The position numbers were made by a program, and so were the translations under genes. A DNA stretch of 63,541 bases, filler included, from Reclinomonas americana ATCC 50394 (taxonomy: Eukaryota): assembly GCA_048213135.1 (NCBI GenBank). It is 13 parts of 13 records of this genome, joined end to end, with 100 filler letters (N's around TTAATTAATTAA, not from the genome) between each part and the next. Parts side by side here need not be neighbours in the genome. Positions count along the whole stretch, not along the records: positions 37,127 to 49,345 come from AFZH01021175.1; positions 49,446 to 55,288 come from AFZH01021176.1; 11 more parts are not named here. One strand, 5' to 3'. The notes below the pieces were generated by a model. The model was not told the DNA's origin and did no database searches. It saw only the letters and a program-made list of their open reading frames with translations. Position 1 is the stretch's first letter, and each line of letters starts with the position of its first letter. Of this stretch, positions 40,601 through 54,277 are shown piece after piece.

Positions 40601-42727
40601 CAGTCCCTCATCGCGGCACGGCGGCTCGGCGTACACTGTGGCGAATGGCGTGATGCACAACATTACGCCGTCGGGTCGGCGGAAGCCGCATTACGCTGTG
40701 CCCACGTTGTCGTCGTCGTTTAGGGAGTTGCCGGCCGTGTCGCCGACCAAGTCCCCGAGCGGTGCCGATGCTCATCTGCACGACGGCGATGCGGCTCTGC
40801 GGTTAAGCGCCGGCGAGCTGGTCCTGAGCGTACGTCCGTGTTACCACTTCAGCATCTTCGTAGGGTTGTGCTCACACACGCACACTGGGCTTCACAGGGT
40901 TTGCGCTCTGCTCCCCGAAGTGACGACGAGATGCTGGCACAGCTTGAACGTGATTATCTGACGCCATCTGGAGAAGGGCGGAAGGTTTCGTAGAATAATG
41001 CACGCAGCGCAGTCATGTGATACGCGTTTTGTAATCCGTGGCGTTGTTCCAGGGTGCTGCTGCCGAGGCGTTGACCCTGTCGCCCGGTGGCATGGCGCTG
41101 TTCGGCCCGCAACTGGGTGCCGGACCGTCGCCGTCGTTCATGGATGTATCGATGACGTCGAGCATGTTGGATGCCAGTCCGCAGCAGCATATCGAGAGCC
41201 CGCCTGTTGCTCCACCGCCTCCGCCACCACCAGCTGTGACGCAGCCGACTGCCATGGTATGCATGCAGTTGGATTGCACACTCCGGTTGTCACGTTGCGA
41301 CTGAACGTGTGTGTCATCACACAGCGACAGCCGGCTCGCGAGCCTCCTGGTGGCGCGTACGAGCGTTTTCTTCGACGAGAGGTTATTAATCCTTCCCACT
41401 CAATTGCACCCCCCTCTCAATGATCACTCACGAACCTATGTGCTACGCGAGCAGGCTGTCGGCGCCAATCCGCCCGCCGCTGCCGCACGGTCATCGTCGC
41501 GTCAACGATCGCCACCACCATCATCGACTACTCAACCTGCTCCATCTGCACCGGCGCCGACAATCACAGTGACACAGGCGTCAGCATCCCAGGCTGCCGC
41601 GGCTACTGCTGCTGCGCCACAGTCGGGACCGGCCTCGGCACGACCACGCCGTAACAAGGCCGAAGACGAGCGATTTGAGGTGTCGTCACTTACGCGCTCC
41701 TCTCTTTGTGCATGCGACGCATCGTCCTTAACCCACGTGGTCGTGCAGGACTTGGAGCGAGCCAATTTTGTGGCCATGGAGGCTGAGCGTGACGCGGAGC
41801 GCAAGTTCGACATGATGATGCATGTCATGTTTTCGGTGCGTTGTTGTACTCTTCCAGTACTTGCGTCTGTGTTGCTTGCACGCTGACATGCAGCATCCGG
41901 GTAACAGGACACGGATGACACTGGCCGGTGTGGTCGTCTGCTGCAAAGCTCTGAAGATCTCTGGGCCTCGTTCCTGTACATCAAGTCGCAGTGGGACACA
42001 CTGGAGGTGTCGTTTGGTGAGCGGTACGAATTCCTGTCGGTAAGTCGCGCCCAGTAGCTGCGTGTGGAGTCGTCGTCGCGAGTGGTGTAGCCTGATCCTT
42101 TTACCGGCAGGCACTCGGACGCAATCCATCGTCGGTCACGGCCGACTCGCTGGCCGAGCGCCTCGAGGCTCACTCAATGCACCTCGACCATCGTCGCACC
42201 GTGTGGGAGAAGCAAATCCAGTGGGCCCGCAAACGCGAGAACATGAAAAAGGAATTGTCGCACCTCATGAGCGAGGCTGTGGACTACAACCCAGGCGGTG
42301 AGTCTGTGTGTGAGAGGACTGGCAGCGAAGGTCAAGTGGAACTCACGCGTCTGCCAGATTCGATGCACCGGCGAGTCGGTATGCGTCGTGCGGAACTGCG
42401 AACCAAGCTGCAGAAGGTGCGCTGGTGCGTGTTGGAGTGCAAGTGATCACTGACTGACTGCCTCCTCGACAGGTCACGCAAGCGCTCACAAAGTCGATCG
42501 AGAAGCTCGAACATGCGCGGCACGAATTATTCATGTGGCGCGGCTTCCGCTACCTCGGTGTGTTATCGTACTGTCAGAGTCGCAAGAGAGGAAAGATCGT
42601 CTCTGGCTCACTGCCTGATTCCCGTTCTTTCACAGACGTGATCGAGTTGGACCGGTTACGAAGTCTGCGGCAAGCCGGAGCAGAACTCGCCACTGAGATC
42701 ACACGATGGGTGCGGCGACAGGCATGA
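37640..42727 (+). CDS. Large coiled-coil protein with low-complexity middle and a possible CCDC87/MAP65-like C-terminus
   Basis: Many E/R/K-rich heptad exons; C-terminal QWDTLEVSFGERYEFL and FMWRGFRYL. 3' end uncertain. Confidence 0.6.
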
Positions 42728-43039
42728 TCAAGGATTCAAGAAGAGTGGCTTCTCTTTTACTTGTGCTCGGTGGTCGTATGGTGAACGGTAAAGATTTACG
42801 GACATGTAGTGTTGTACGTAATCGGGATCGTGCACGAGGTGACGGGATTCGATCGCCTCCCTGTCGTTGCGGTTTCCGCGCGCGTCAGATTTCCGCGAGC
42901 GTCACGATGTGTGCCAAGTTATCTGAGTTCGTGCGACATGACTGGCTCTCCCTCTGCACACAATGTTAGAAACCAGCGTCGTGAACACAGGCAGCAATAC
43001 GGTGAAAGCTCCTCACCAAGCTTGCACAAGCGCGCCAGT

Positions 43040-45897
43040 TTACAGCGCAGATCGTCCCACGAGGTGGAGGTGCGGAAAATGTGGGCGCACGTCATGAATC
43101 TGAGTGACGAAAACCCAATGAGCCATCCCGCTTCATCCCATCACTGACCAGCACACGCAACAGCACGGGATCGGCTTCTTCGTCGTAGATGGACACAGAG
43201 AACTGCACGGCACACACAAACAAGTCAACATTTTTTATGCAGAGGAACAAGCTTTGCAACAACGAACTCACCATGTCCGAGAAGAATTCACCCTCCAGCG
43301 GCTGCCAGCGAAGGGAGCCCATGTAGCCCGGCGAGTCCACCATGAAGCCGACTCGTCTGCTCTTTTGATCCACAAGCCTCCATGCACGACCCACGGTCTT
43401 GTCGAGGGTGTCGTATTCGGGAACACTGGTGCGGAAGTCGAAGCCTGCGCGTAGCAAGCGATCGACAAAACACTCGAAGCCCTCGCCCAGTCCAATGTCG
43501 TCGGCCAGTATGTCCTCGAAAGAGATGTCCCACAGATCCATGGAGAACAGCGCGACCGGCTGGCCCAGCGTCTGCATGATCGGCGGCGACGACCCGGCGT
43601 AGCGGCGCACCAAGTAGCCGGGGTTGGAGCGGATAGTGGCACACAACAGAGGACCGGAGAACACGTCGAGTTCACGCTGCGAACGGCAGCCCCACCGCAT
43701 CATGGCCGAAAGCAGAGGGACATCGGGCAATGGCTCCACTTCGTGCTTGCGATGCAAGCGTGCCGTCTGCCGCGCTCCGTCTAGTCAGCACACAGATTCA
43801 GCGACCTAGCATGCACAAAGTACGCACCACGCCGGCCTTGTCCTTGTTCTCGATCCATTGCAGCAAGCGAAGCATCTCCCACGGGCGCGACGTGTCGAAC
43901 GTGCGCGCATTCTCCTTCATCACCATCACAATCACCGACAGAAACTGCTTGAACGACACACCGCGACTGCCATCTGCGCCGAGCGTTGAGTGCTGGTGAC
44001 AGTGCACGCGGTTGACAGCGATGCACGAACTCACCACTGGCAGACTGCGGGGGAAAGTTGGCGAGAGCCTCCTTGAGAATGGCACGCAGACGATCCACTT
44101 GTAGCGGGTCCGACAAAAGCGTCAAGTCATAGGCACCAATAAAGTCTTCCAGCAGGTGCTGCAACCGACAAGGTGAGCGAGTGCGAGCAGCAGGCTTCAC
44201 GTATTCTCTCGATTCGCGCAACATCTGGCAGCAGATCCGTGTTGTAGCAGTCGAACCATGTGGTGTACACGTGGAATGCACGCCGTAGTGGCCCTGTTCC
44301 CGCAAGACAACAGTTGAGCGATGGCACAACCACCAACGCCATGGTAGTATGCGCGTCGCTCACCGTGCACCATGGCCAGTTCCAGCACATCCGGCGACAT
44401 GTGGCGCACCAGGAACTCGTGCATGTCGATGCGCACCGGTCCCTTTGGCGGCGCCGCAGCCTGCTCTTCCATCTCCTCCTGCTGCGCGCGCCGAGCATCC
44501 TCCAACATGTGCACCTTGAAGTAGTCGTAATAGAAACGATCGTCGAACAGATTCAACAGTGCCTCCACCTGCGGCATTCGATTCGTCACCACACCTTGAG
44601 GACACGGCAAGGAAAGAGATAAAAAGAGAGAGAGAGAGAGAGGCAGACGCACCTTCATCATGCTGGTGGGATATTCGCCAGCAAACGCCGGACGACTGAA
44701 CGCCGTGAGTGCAATACGCACCACCGACTCGCAGAACTCGTCAAAGTTCATCTCGCTGGTATCATCGTCGCTATTGTCGCCGACATTGGCCGCACGAAAG
44801 ATCTGCAAGGAACTCGTGAATATAACTCCTCAGATAAAGAAAGAGACTAGAAAAACCGCACCTGTGCCACCTCCCACGTGGAAATGTAGGAGGGGAACAC
44901 AGTGAGTGTGCGCAGCAAGACCATCAACTCGCCAATGTCCATGGTAAGGCGTTTTGCACTGGCCGAATCCGTGTGCTTTTCGGTATCGGCAAAGTACCTG
45001 TACATCTGCGAAGAGTCGCGTGTGTTACACGCTGCTTGCACACGATCGCCACACCGACCGCTGCGACATACCTTCTCGAGGGGTCTGGAGAAGAACTTCA
45101 TGCAGTACACCACCTGCGGGTCCACCAGCGCCGGACAGCCGCGCTTCAGCACTTTTTCATACTGGCCGCCGGTGCGATACTTTTCGTGCAGTGGAGCGAG
45201 GTGTCGATCCCACATAAAGATGAACCAGTGCGTGCTGGTGGCCTCGATCTCTGCTGCATACATCTTGGAGAGCGTGGCGAGGAGACCCAACAGCTCGTCC
45301 GGATCCACCGTGTTGTCAATCGACTCTGACGCCGCCACGCGGTTGAACAGGACCTCCTGCAGCGCGTCGTCGACAGTGAGCAGCGGTGACGCTCTTGTCG
45401 CGAGACACACGCGCATACACGTACCAGTTCAGTGGTGGACATGCGTGCGGCCCGGAACAGCCCCGAGTCGATCATGAACTGGCGAAAGGCAGCACGATTC
45501 CACTCGCCTCGCAAAAGCCCTGCGATATCGATCTGCAGGTGAGCGGAAAGAGACAGAGAGGGGGAAGCGATTGACCGCCGACACACCAGTGGCGGTGTTG
45601 GCCGAGTAAAAGTCAAACAGCAAGTTGAAGCCATCTGCCAGAAGAGAACGATGATGATGAGCAACAACCAATCAATCAATCACCCTTCCATGCGCAACTC
45701 TTTTGCGCGGGCGTCATCTCAAAGTCCACATCGGGGTTCGCCTCCGCCACCGCCTCAAAGATCGACTTTGACTCCCCTTGCTGCTGCTGCTGCTGTTGCT
45801 TCGACGATGAAGGCGACTCGCGCACACCATCCGCCTCCTCTTCTTCCTCGTGATCGCTGTCATCGACGACATCAGAGACCACGCGAGTGCGCTGCAT
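43040..45897 (-). CDS. EF-hand-like helical protein of unknown function
   Basis: QIFRAANVGDNSDDDTSEMNFDEFCESVVRIA, TVDPDELLGLL, MDIGELMVLL, VSFKQFLSVI. Exons join into one long gene. Confidence 0.6.
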
Positions 45898-46055
45898 TGA
45901 AGAGGAGTCAACACACACTGAGTGCTCGTGCGTGTGGCACAGTAAGACGCGCAACTGGCGGTTGAACAGTGGCCATCACGCGCGCGCGGGAATAGAAGAC
46001 AACGGAGAGCTGCGCACGTGATTTGTCCACTCAGACGCTCCTTCGTTTTTCCATC

Positions 46056-48010
46056 ATGACACGCAGTGTTGCTCTGGTCGGCCTCGTGCTGGCCTTGTTG
46101 TTTGCAGTGGCGGCTGCTGAGCCTCGCATGCTCCGCGGATACTCGGAGCAACTGACGCCGCTCACTCTGCAGCTCTTCTCGCCCTCGGAGGTACAACACA
46201 ACACGTGCATGCGTGTGTGTGTGCGCAGTGTGTGTGTGTGTGTGAAGTTGACGTGTGTGTGTGTGCATTGTAGGTGCAAGCTACCAATGCGCGTTGTCTG
46301 GATGGAACGCCGGCGGGGTTTTACTTCCGCAACAGCACGAGCGTGACGGGTGCTGCTGACAAGTGGATTGTCTTCCTGCAAGGTGCACGTGCGAGTGTAC
46401 AGAGAAGAAGAGACGGGAGAGGAGGAGGAGGAGAAGGAGACGAACAAGAAGAATGAGAAGAAGAAGAACAAGAACAAGAACGAGAACAAGATCAAGAACA
46501 AGAAGAAAGAAGAACAAGAACAAGAGCAAGATGAACAACAAGAAGAACGAGCAAGAAGAACAACAAGCAGAACAAGAAAGAAAAGAAGAAGAACAAACAG
46601 AACAAGAAGAACAACAAGAAGAGCGAGAAGAAGAAGAAGAAGAAGAAGAGCAAGCAAACAAAGACTCGTGCTGACTATCATGACGGAGTGCAGGAGGCGG
46701 AGCATGCTCGGCAGTGTCGGATTGCCGTGAGCGTGCCAAGACCGCCCTCGGCTCGTCCAACTACTGGACTCCCACCGCCGTCGACAACACCATTCTCTCC
46801 AACGATCCGCAGCTGAACCCCGACTTTTACGACTGGAATCACGTCTATGTGCCCTGTGCGTCGCAGCTGCGGTCTTCTTTCTTTGTGATCCTCCTCTTCT
46901 CACTCTTCCTTTCCGGCTGGGGGCAGACTGCGGCGGTGATTTGCACTCGGGTCAGCGCACGACCGTGGCGCCGGCTCCGTATGACGAGTTCTACTTTTCG
47001 GGCCACCTCACCTTTGTCGCCATTCTCAACAAGGTGTCTGGGACGGCGTACAGCATGCAGCGTGCGTCGGAGATTCTCCTGCTCGGCGTCTCGGCCGGCG
47101 GCATTGGCACCCTCATTCATGCCGACTTCATGGCGGCCATGTTCCCGCGGGCGCGCTTCACTGCGGCTCCGTCGGCGGGTTGGTTCCTGGATGTGCCCAA
47201 GTTCAACCCCAAGGATCCGTCGCTCGCCGTCGGCCTCACCAAGAGCCTTGGTAAGTGCGGAACAAGGAGACGCACAAAAGCAGCGGCTCACTCTCACACT
47301 CTCTTCCTCCTCCCCCTCAGAGGTGTTCAATGGCTTCGTGCCGCCGGCGTGCCAAAAGGACAACCAGCAGAGTTGCGTTGCATGAGCGATATCACCGGCG
47401 CTGGTGCAAGGCTCACCAGCGACACTTTGTGCGCAGTTCCCGGCCGCTGCTACTGCGCAGACTACCTGCTGCCGTACATCAAGTCTCGTCTGCACGTCTC
47501 CGAGTATCAGGTACACGCGCTCACCGTCCATCCTCTTTCCGCCGCTGCCCGTCCTCACCACCGAATCGCAGTTTGACTCGAACCAGCTCTACGCGCAGGA
47601 CGAGTGCCCACAGGGCGACACTCCGCAAACACGCGCCTACATCACCTCGTTCGGCCAGGTGATGCGCTACCGCCTGCACGAGGTCATGAAGAACCCGCAG
47701 AGTGGCTTGTTTGCGCCGTCGTGCCTTGAGCATGCGCTGGCGTGGACGGGAGTCACTGTGCAGGGCTACTCGCTGCAGCAGGCGCTCGGCAACTGGTTTG
47801 TGACTCTCCTCACTCTCGTTCTCTCTCCTTTTGTGACGCTGCTTGACGAGCGCTACTCAGGTACTTTGGACGACCGGGCAAGCCGACGCAGCTCATCGGT
47901 CAGTGCTCGTGCGCGTCACGTATGTGGAAGATTGTGCTCACGCATGATGTGGTACAGATGAGTGCGGACCGCTGCCGTGCACGCCCAACTGCCCTCACTT
48001 GACAAAGTGA
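46056..48010 (+). CDS. Secreted pectin acetylesterase / Notum-family carboxylesterase
   Basis: Signal peptide; ARCLDGTPAGFY, KWIVFLQ|GGGAC, NPDFYDWNHVYVPY|CGGD, nucleophile GVSAGG, FAPSCLEH. Confidence 0.92.
46400..46662 (+). repeat. Purine-rich (AAG/AAC) low-complexity tract inside an intron
   Basis: GAAGAACAA-type repeats between exons ending LQ and starting GGGAC. Confidence 0.9.
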
Positions 48011-48137
48011 CGGTGAATGCTCGCTACTAGCATGTGAGGAAAGAAAAAACAGAGACGGCGTTGATCGCCTAGTGATACCTAACAAAGACACTCTCGATAC
48101 ATTTTTCCACCTATTTTCCTGGTCACTTGCCATTCTG

Positions 48138-49344
48138 TTAACGCGCAGAGTCAATGACGGCTGCCCACACACACATATCTCTTTTTTTCTCCTGCTGTGA
48201 CGCAACGACAACAGTCTTGGCGGGAGGCGGCGAGGAGGAGGACGACGAGGAGGAGGATGATGATGATTCTCCGTTGACCGGCACGGCGGCTGCACTTGCC
48301 CAGTGCTTGCCGAAGCGTGTGGGCGACGTGTTGCTCTCGCGCACGATTTCGGACAATAGTGCGCCCACCATGTCTCGAAGCAACGGCGCCGGCTCGTCCC
48401 GCAGGGAGCATTCGACACTGTGCGCCGACAGAGAAAGTCAGCCATGGACTGCAATAATCGAACGTGGAATGCACGGAACATGTGCAGCGGTCTCAAATGT
48501 TCCACGTCGGTCTCCTGGATCGGGTACCTGGCCGGAACATCTCGGGAGCTATCAACCTGCTCCAATACGAGGATCAGAATCAGTAACAAGGAACCGCCCA
48601 CCACAGTATTTCTCGCACCATATTGGCCACTGTGACAGCTGATCAGACACGTATTGCAAAGGGCATACACGGAGAGAGAAAAAGTAAACTCACCGACGAG
48701 CGGTCGGCAGGGTCGATAATGACTCTGCTTCTCAATGTTGAACGCCGTCGCATTGATCCAGTTGTTGGTCTGCGCGCACACCATGAAACACGGCCGACAA
48801 CACAAAACAATCACCTCGCAGTCGCTGTCAACGCACCAGCCCGGCGTCGGCCTCCTCCGCCAAGTGCGCGAGGTCGGCGACGATCAAGAAGCCATGCACA
48901 CCCGCAAAGATGCTCGGATCGGAAGCTCGCAGATACTTGCAAGGCGCTGTGTCGTCGGAGTTCAGCAACATCTCCGGCGTGCACACGACAAAGACAACTC
49001 CTCGGGTGCGGCGCAACTTGACGGCACCAGTGCAACAAGGTGCACGCAGTACAGACCTCCATCGTAGAGCGCTGCAGATCCACCGTCGTCAGCGCACGTC
49101 ATGATCAAGAGTGCGCGATAACAGGATAGCGTACCATACGACACATTACTTCCGGTGGTGCCATTGCTCACACCGCCACTGCCGCTGCTGCTGGTGCGAT
49201 CGGAAAATCGCGCCCAGCGGTCCTCAAACGTCTGCTTGCCGTCGTCATCAGGACCGACGACCAAGATACGCACATCAATGGCCGTCTCCGACACCAGCGG
49301 ATTCATCGACTGCTCCACAACCGATGTGAGCACTATAGGCGCAA
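48138..49344 (-). CDS. Highly divergent Ras/Rab-like small GTPase-fold protein (probable pseudo-GTPase), 5' truncated
   Basis: VRILVVGPDDDGKQTF (G1-like), SIFAGVHGFLIVADL (like YYRGAHGFLLVYD), VECS (G5-like). No DxxG or NKxD found. Confidence 0.55.
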
Positions 49345-49445
49345 ANNNNNNNNNNNNNNNNNNNNNNNNNNNNNNNNNNNNNNNNNNNNTTAATTAATTA
49401 ANNNNNNNNNNNNNNNNNNNNNNNNNNNNNNNNNNNNNNNNNNNN

Positions 49446-50088
49446 GAGTCACGCTCATACACACAGCTTGTGCACAGCTGGAACCGCGATGGCGTGCACG
49501 ACGTCGTTCACGACGCGGCTCACCGCCCTCATCGCCTTCGACGTCGCCTCCTCCCGTGTCGCGTCGACAGTACCGACGACGAAGCCGCACGCCGCCGCCT
49601 TCGTCGTCCTCGTCCTCCTCGCGATCGCCTCCACGTCAGCGTCGCAGATTGTCACCACCGCCGCCACCGCCACCACCACCACCACCAGTCGAGTGAGTGA
49701 TCGCACGAGCGAGCAATCGGTCTGTCTCCTTGCTTACAGTGTGTGTGTGTGTGGTAGGCGAGTGCATGGTGCGCCTGTGTCGACGGATGAGCTGGCTGCG
49801 GCGCAGCAGATGGCACTGAGCAAGGTGATGGCGGCCAAGATGGGCAAGTCATCGTCGGCCAATCGATGGGAGGAGGTGGAGCTGAAGGGGCCGGCGAGTC
49901 GCACTGAGAAGTTTCAGAGGTTGATGGGCGTCAGCAAGAGCAAGTCGTCGGTGCAGGAGACGACGACTGCCACGACGACGACTACGATGCGAGAGGCTGG
50001 TCGGCATGCGGATCGGATTGGCGAGGAGCTGGAGGAGCTGCATCGCAAGAGCAGCAGCTCGAGAGGCACGCTGGGTCTTGGACGGTAA
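49446..50088 (+). CDS. Small acidic protein (SMAP) domain protein, 3' part
   Basis: SSANRWEEVELKGPASRTEKFQRLMG followed by IGEELE...GLG. Confidence 0.75.
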
Positions 50089-50177
50089 AACTCTGTCTCA
50101 TGCGTAGTTCCCCTGTACATTAATAGCTGCAGGCGGCATCAGCTGGTCATGCCGACCGCCCGTGTTGCGTCTGCCAC

Positions 50178-51232
50178 TCAGCGATCTGTGCGGCTCCACA
50201 CCGAGTTGCCGGGCGTAAAGTTGGCCGAGTGCTCCGTCAGCCACTGCGCATGATGGTCGGATTCAGCAACCTTGCATGGGAGCACACGTGTTTCTGTCGT
50301 ATGTGACGCAACTGCCAGTCGCCGCAGCGCATCACGAGTCTGCGCCTTTTCGTCGTCGGAGAGCGGTGCAGGCGAGCGGCTTCGTCGTGACTTGCCATTC
50401 TGCTGCTTTGGCGTGGGCGGCCGCGCCTGCTGCTGCTGCTGGTCCACATCATCGATTACATAGTGATCCGCGGGACCCGACGAGCGACCCTGACTGTGAC
50501 TGCGCTGTCGCGACTTGCCACGCGACGGTGGCCGTTCCAGCTGCACGTCCTCAAAGCCCGACACCGCAGAGCGCCCCGACGCCACACTGCCCATTGAATG
50601 CGCAGACGAGGGACGTCGCTTGCCTCCTTGGCCACTGCCAAACGAGCGCGCCGAACCCGGCACCGAACGCGACTCACCCACATCAATCAGCTCATCGTCG
50701 CCCATGCCCGCAGACTGACGCACCGGCATCGTGCCTGCCTTGCGGATCAGTGTGCGCTGCACAGGCGCTCCATTCACGCCCACAGACACCGCTACACACG
50801 CACGCACACAGTCAGCGCGCGCGACTTGGACTGACTGACTGCGCATAAGACGACGTAACGCTTGTAAAAGTTCTGCATGGTTCGATCGGGCACACTCCGC
50901 AGCGACTTGGTCAGCTCAATGCTCGCTGTGCGTGCTCTACACACACAAAGCATGAGCGTCTCTCTGTGTCACACACTGGAGAAAAAGCGAACGTTTGCAC
51001 GCAACTCAGCCTCAACGGCTCCACGACGCGCAATGTGAAGCGCGCGCGACGCAGGGTGCATCCAGGCAAACTGTGGCGCAAACCACTCATGTTCCACAGC
51101 GCGTCGCAGTGACGCAGGCACAGTCGTCATCGCTGCGTCCCTGAGTAAACGATCGTACGTACGATCTAGTGATGAGTCACTCTGCAGATCTGTCAATGTT
51201 GTGCACGCTCGTGCGACGTCACTTTCACTCAT
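50178..51232 (-). CDS. Hypothetical protein
   Basis: Spliceable ORFs 50969-51232 and 50178-50780; S/R-rich C-terminal half; no recognised domain. Confidence 0.45.
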
Positions 51233-51337
51233 CGACGCTGTCACCGCTGCGTGCGGGCAACAAGAAGGTTCACCTGTCCATGCTTTCACCTATCTCTTCT
51301 CGCTCTCTCTTCTCACACTCTCGGTGACACACGCAGT

Positions 51338-51872
51338 CGCAGAGCATCAGCGAGGTGATTCGACAGATCGACGTGCTGCACGACACTGATGCAGTGGCCA
51401 AGCTCGACACGCTGCTTCTGGTGCGCAAGCCGGGGCGAAGAAGACCGCGATTGACTCGTTGCGCGCAACGATTTGTGCTTGTGCTTGTCATTCTCTCACT
51501 TGCTCAATGTTGATCGGGGCAGGCGAGGAGGCGGAGCGACTGAGCATCGAGGAGCGGTACGGCGATCGTGCCAAGTATGTGTTGCGGCGATTGGAGCGGC
51601 CACATTCGCAGTGGCAGCCGGTGCGCAAGTTGGGGCGGGAGCAAATGGCGGAGATGAGAGCGTTGCGTGCGGATGACCCGACGCGTAACACACCCGGCGC
51701 ACTGGCCGAGCAGTTTGGGGTGTCGCTGGAGGCGGCCACGCGTATTCTGCACTCCAAGTTTGATCCGAGTACCATGAGACGGAGACGTGCGGCGGGCAAG
51801 GGAGTCGGAGGGAGCGCGGCGGATGAAGCGGCACAGCGGCACGACTGGGTAAAGCGCTCCTCATCGTCGTGA
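51338..51872 (+). CDS. Neugrin / Rrg9-family mitochondrial protein
   Basis: WQPVRKLGREQMAEMRALR..P...TPGALAEQFGVSLEAATRILHSKFDP. Start not resolved. Confidence 0.8.
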
Positions 51873-51958
51873 ATTCTGCAGCTCCTACAAACATGATGGC
51901 GTATATTCAACGTGGCACCTCAGTGGTGGCGCTCACGGGGGCGCAAGAAGGGCGATGT

Positions 51959-54277
51959 TTACGCTGGTGGCTTTTGGTGCACCCAGGACCCTCTGCGATT
52001 GCGCGCGAGTGAGTTGCGGTGGATCGCAGCAGAGCAGTGGGAAAAGGAGTGACGCAACTCGAATTTGTTCAGGTAGCTCTCGTTCCACTGCAGCAGCGGC
52101 TCGTAGTTTCCCGACGAGTCGCTGTCGCTCAAGTCGCAGTCAACGGTGGTCTCGTGCTTGGTGGGCGTCTCCTTGTCTCGCGCGGTGATGGTCGCCACCG
52201 CTTTTCTCGGGGGCGACTCGCACGGCACCGCGGTGCTGATCTCCTCCAGCTCCTTGCTCCAGTTTCGCGAGGTGAGCATGCAGCCGAAGACAAAGTGTAC
52301 GACCAGCAGCGGCAGCAGGGTGACGGAGAAGACGGCAAACGGCAGCACCGGAAGCGCAATCAGGCGATGCACGGCAGTCGGCGAGGCGTCCTCTTCGGTG
52401 ATGCAGAAGGCCAGGAAGAAGATGCCACAGAGTGCCACGGAGACGACCTTGGAGCTGAAGAGCCGCAGTGTCAGGAGGTGTCGGTTGGCACTTCCGCCAT
52501 CTGTGCCAAAGAGAGAAAAAGGGCGGGGTCAGCAGAGAGCCATGAGGGTCCGGGGGTGAGTATACTCGATGGTTACGCACATGCCGCCTCTTGCACTTGC
52601 ATCTTGACAGTGGACGACTTGGCAAACGCCGTGGCGGCCGTGAACACAGCAGTGGCACAAATCACAAAGAAGAACTTGGCCGACGAGGTCGCAGGGTCAC
52701 TGGCAAAGGCCTCTGGCACCCAGATGCACAAAAAGCCGATGAAAGAGACAGCGGCGACGAATACATCGCGACCAGTGCTCGCCAAGCTCGTCGACTGGTT
52801 GGTGACCTGCGCATTTTGCCACTGCAGGAACTCGCAAAGCAACGAGGCGCACAGTGCACCGCCAGAGGCCGCGCACACCTGCGTGATACGAGGGAGAGGG
52901 GAGAAGGATCCGGAGACAGACAAGCAGAATGACATGGAGGAAGAGATGAGAGATGAGAGATGAGAGAAGGGAGAAGAGAAAAGAGACTTGGAGACTTGCG
53001 GCAATTCAGAAGTGTGTGAATCATCTCACCATCCACGCCGCCAACATTCCGGATGAGCTCTGCAGTACTGTGACGGCAAAGACCACAGAAAACACCGGCA
53101 TCAGAGATGGTGTCTGCAACACGAGCTGCAAGAAGAAGCAGATTGCCAGACGCCTGCAATGAAGAAATAAAGAAGTCGTCAGTGCACAAACAGTCTGGCA
53201 AGGAAGCGACGGTCGCCTCACGCACCCGTTGCTGAACAGCACACTACATACACCGTCGTGGTTTTCGTGATGCGGCGAAACGTGCCGCTGTGCAAGAGCG
53301 AGCGGCACAAACAAGAAGGCCACCATGCCCACTGCGCACAAAGCCGGCGGAACAATGGACATGATCTGCAAGCCCGACAGAGCACCAGTGGTCGGCGCCA
53401 GCGTCAGGATCAGACCGGCACACACGGAACCACACGTGTTGCCTCCATCCACTGCCAGTTGACACCGGGTGTGAATCTGTGTGCGTACACGCAACACACG
53501 TCAACAAGCACATCTTTCATGGCGTGTACTCGAAAAAGTTGTTCGCAACTCGCAGCAGGGCCTTCTCATTAAAGTTGGAAAGGCGTCGTGGGAAGGTACT
53601 CCGAGCAACATCGATGCCACCTTTCAAACACAGTGAGATACGCGGTCGTGGAAGATGTGTTCCTTCGCGGTACACGTACCTCGGCACACCGAGTCGATGC
53701 CCCAAAACACAAGCGGCAGCCAGGATGGTGACACGTGTCGCAGTGCCGTCAAAAGAAGCGTGGCAGTGAGCAGGAGAGCCAGGCGGAGAGCGGCGAGAAA
53801 CACCAGCAGGGTGCGGGCGGGAACCGACGTCATGCCGGCAAGCGCCGTGCCCACTCCCGACAGGGCAATCATTCCAGCCACCACGCTGATCACCAACAGT
53901 GGCTGCAACACGAGACCACTGGTCGTCAGAACATGTACACAAAAGTACAAACAATGACGGCACGCGATGCTGGTCAGCCAGTAACATTGTGATCCACAAA
54001 AGCGAACACGACAAGTGGGTGCATGAGCAGCAGTATCATGTTGCAAAGCTGCACAGAGGTGAGGCACGATTCTCGCAACCATTTGTGCGTGCACAGACAC
54101 ACACGCACCTCCATGGCGAAGAGACCGCCGAGAAAGGCCTTGAAACGAGCCGACGAGAGAAACTCTTCGTCCAAATCTTCGCCACACGGCAGTCCGTGCG
54201 GCACCTTGAGCGTGACTGCGTAGGGGCAGGCAGTGAGTCTCTGTGTTGCGTGAGTGGAAGGAGAGTGGTCAGGCATT
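51959..54277 (-). CDS. Multi-pass membrane protein, probably MFS transporter
   Basis: About 12 hydrophobic segments in two blocks across several exons (e.g. GNTCGSVCAGLIL, GGALCASLL). Start uncertain. Confidence 0.6.

Noticed and set aside
46031..46903. Long poly-Leu/Phe or poly-Arg/Glu ORFs
   Set aside because: They are translations of an intronic low-complexity tract within the esterase gene.
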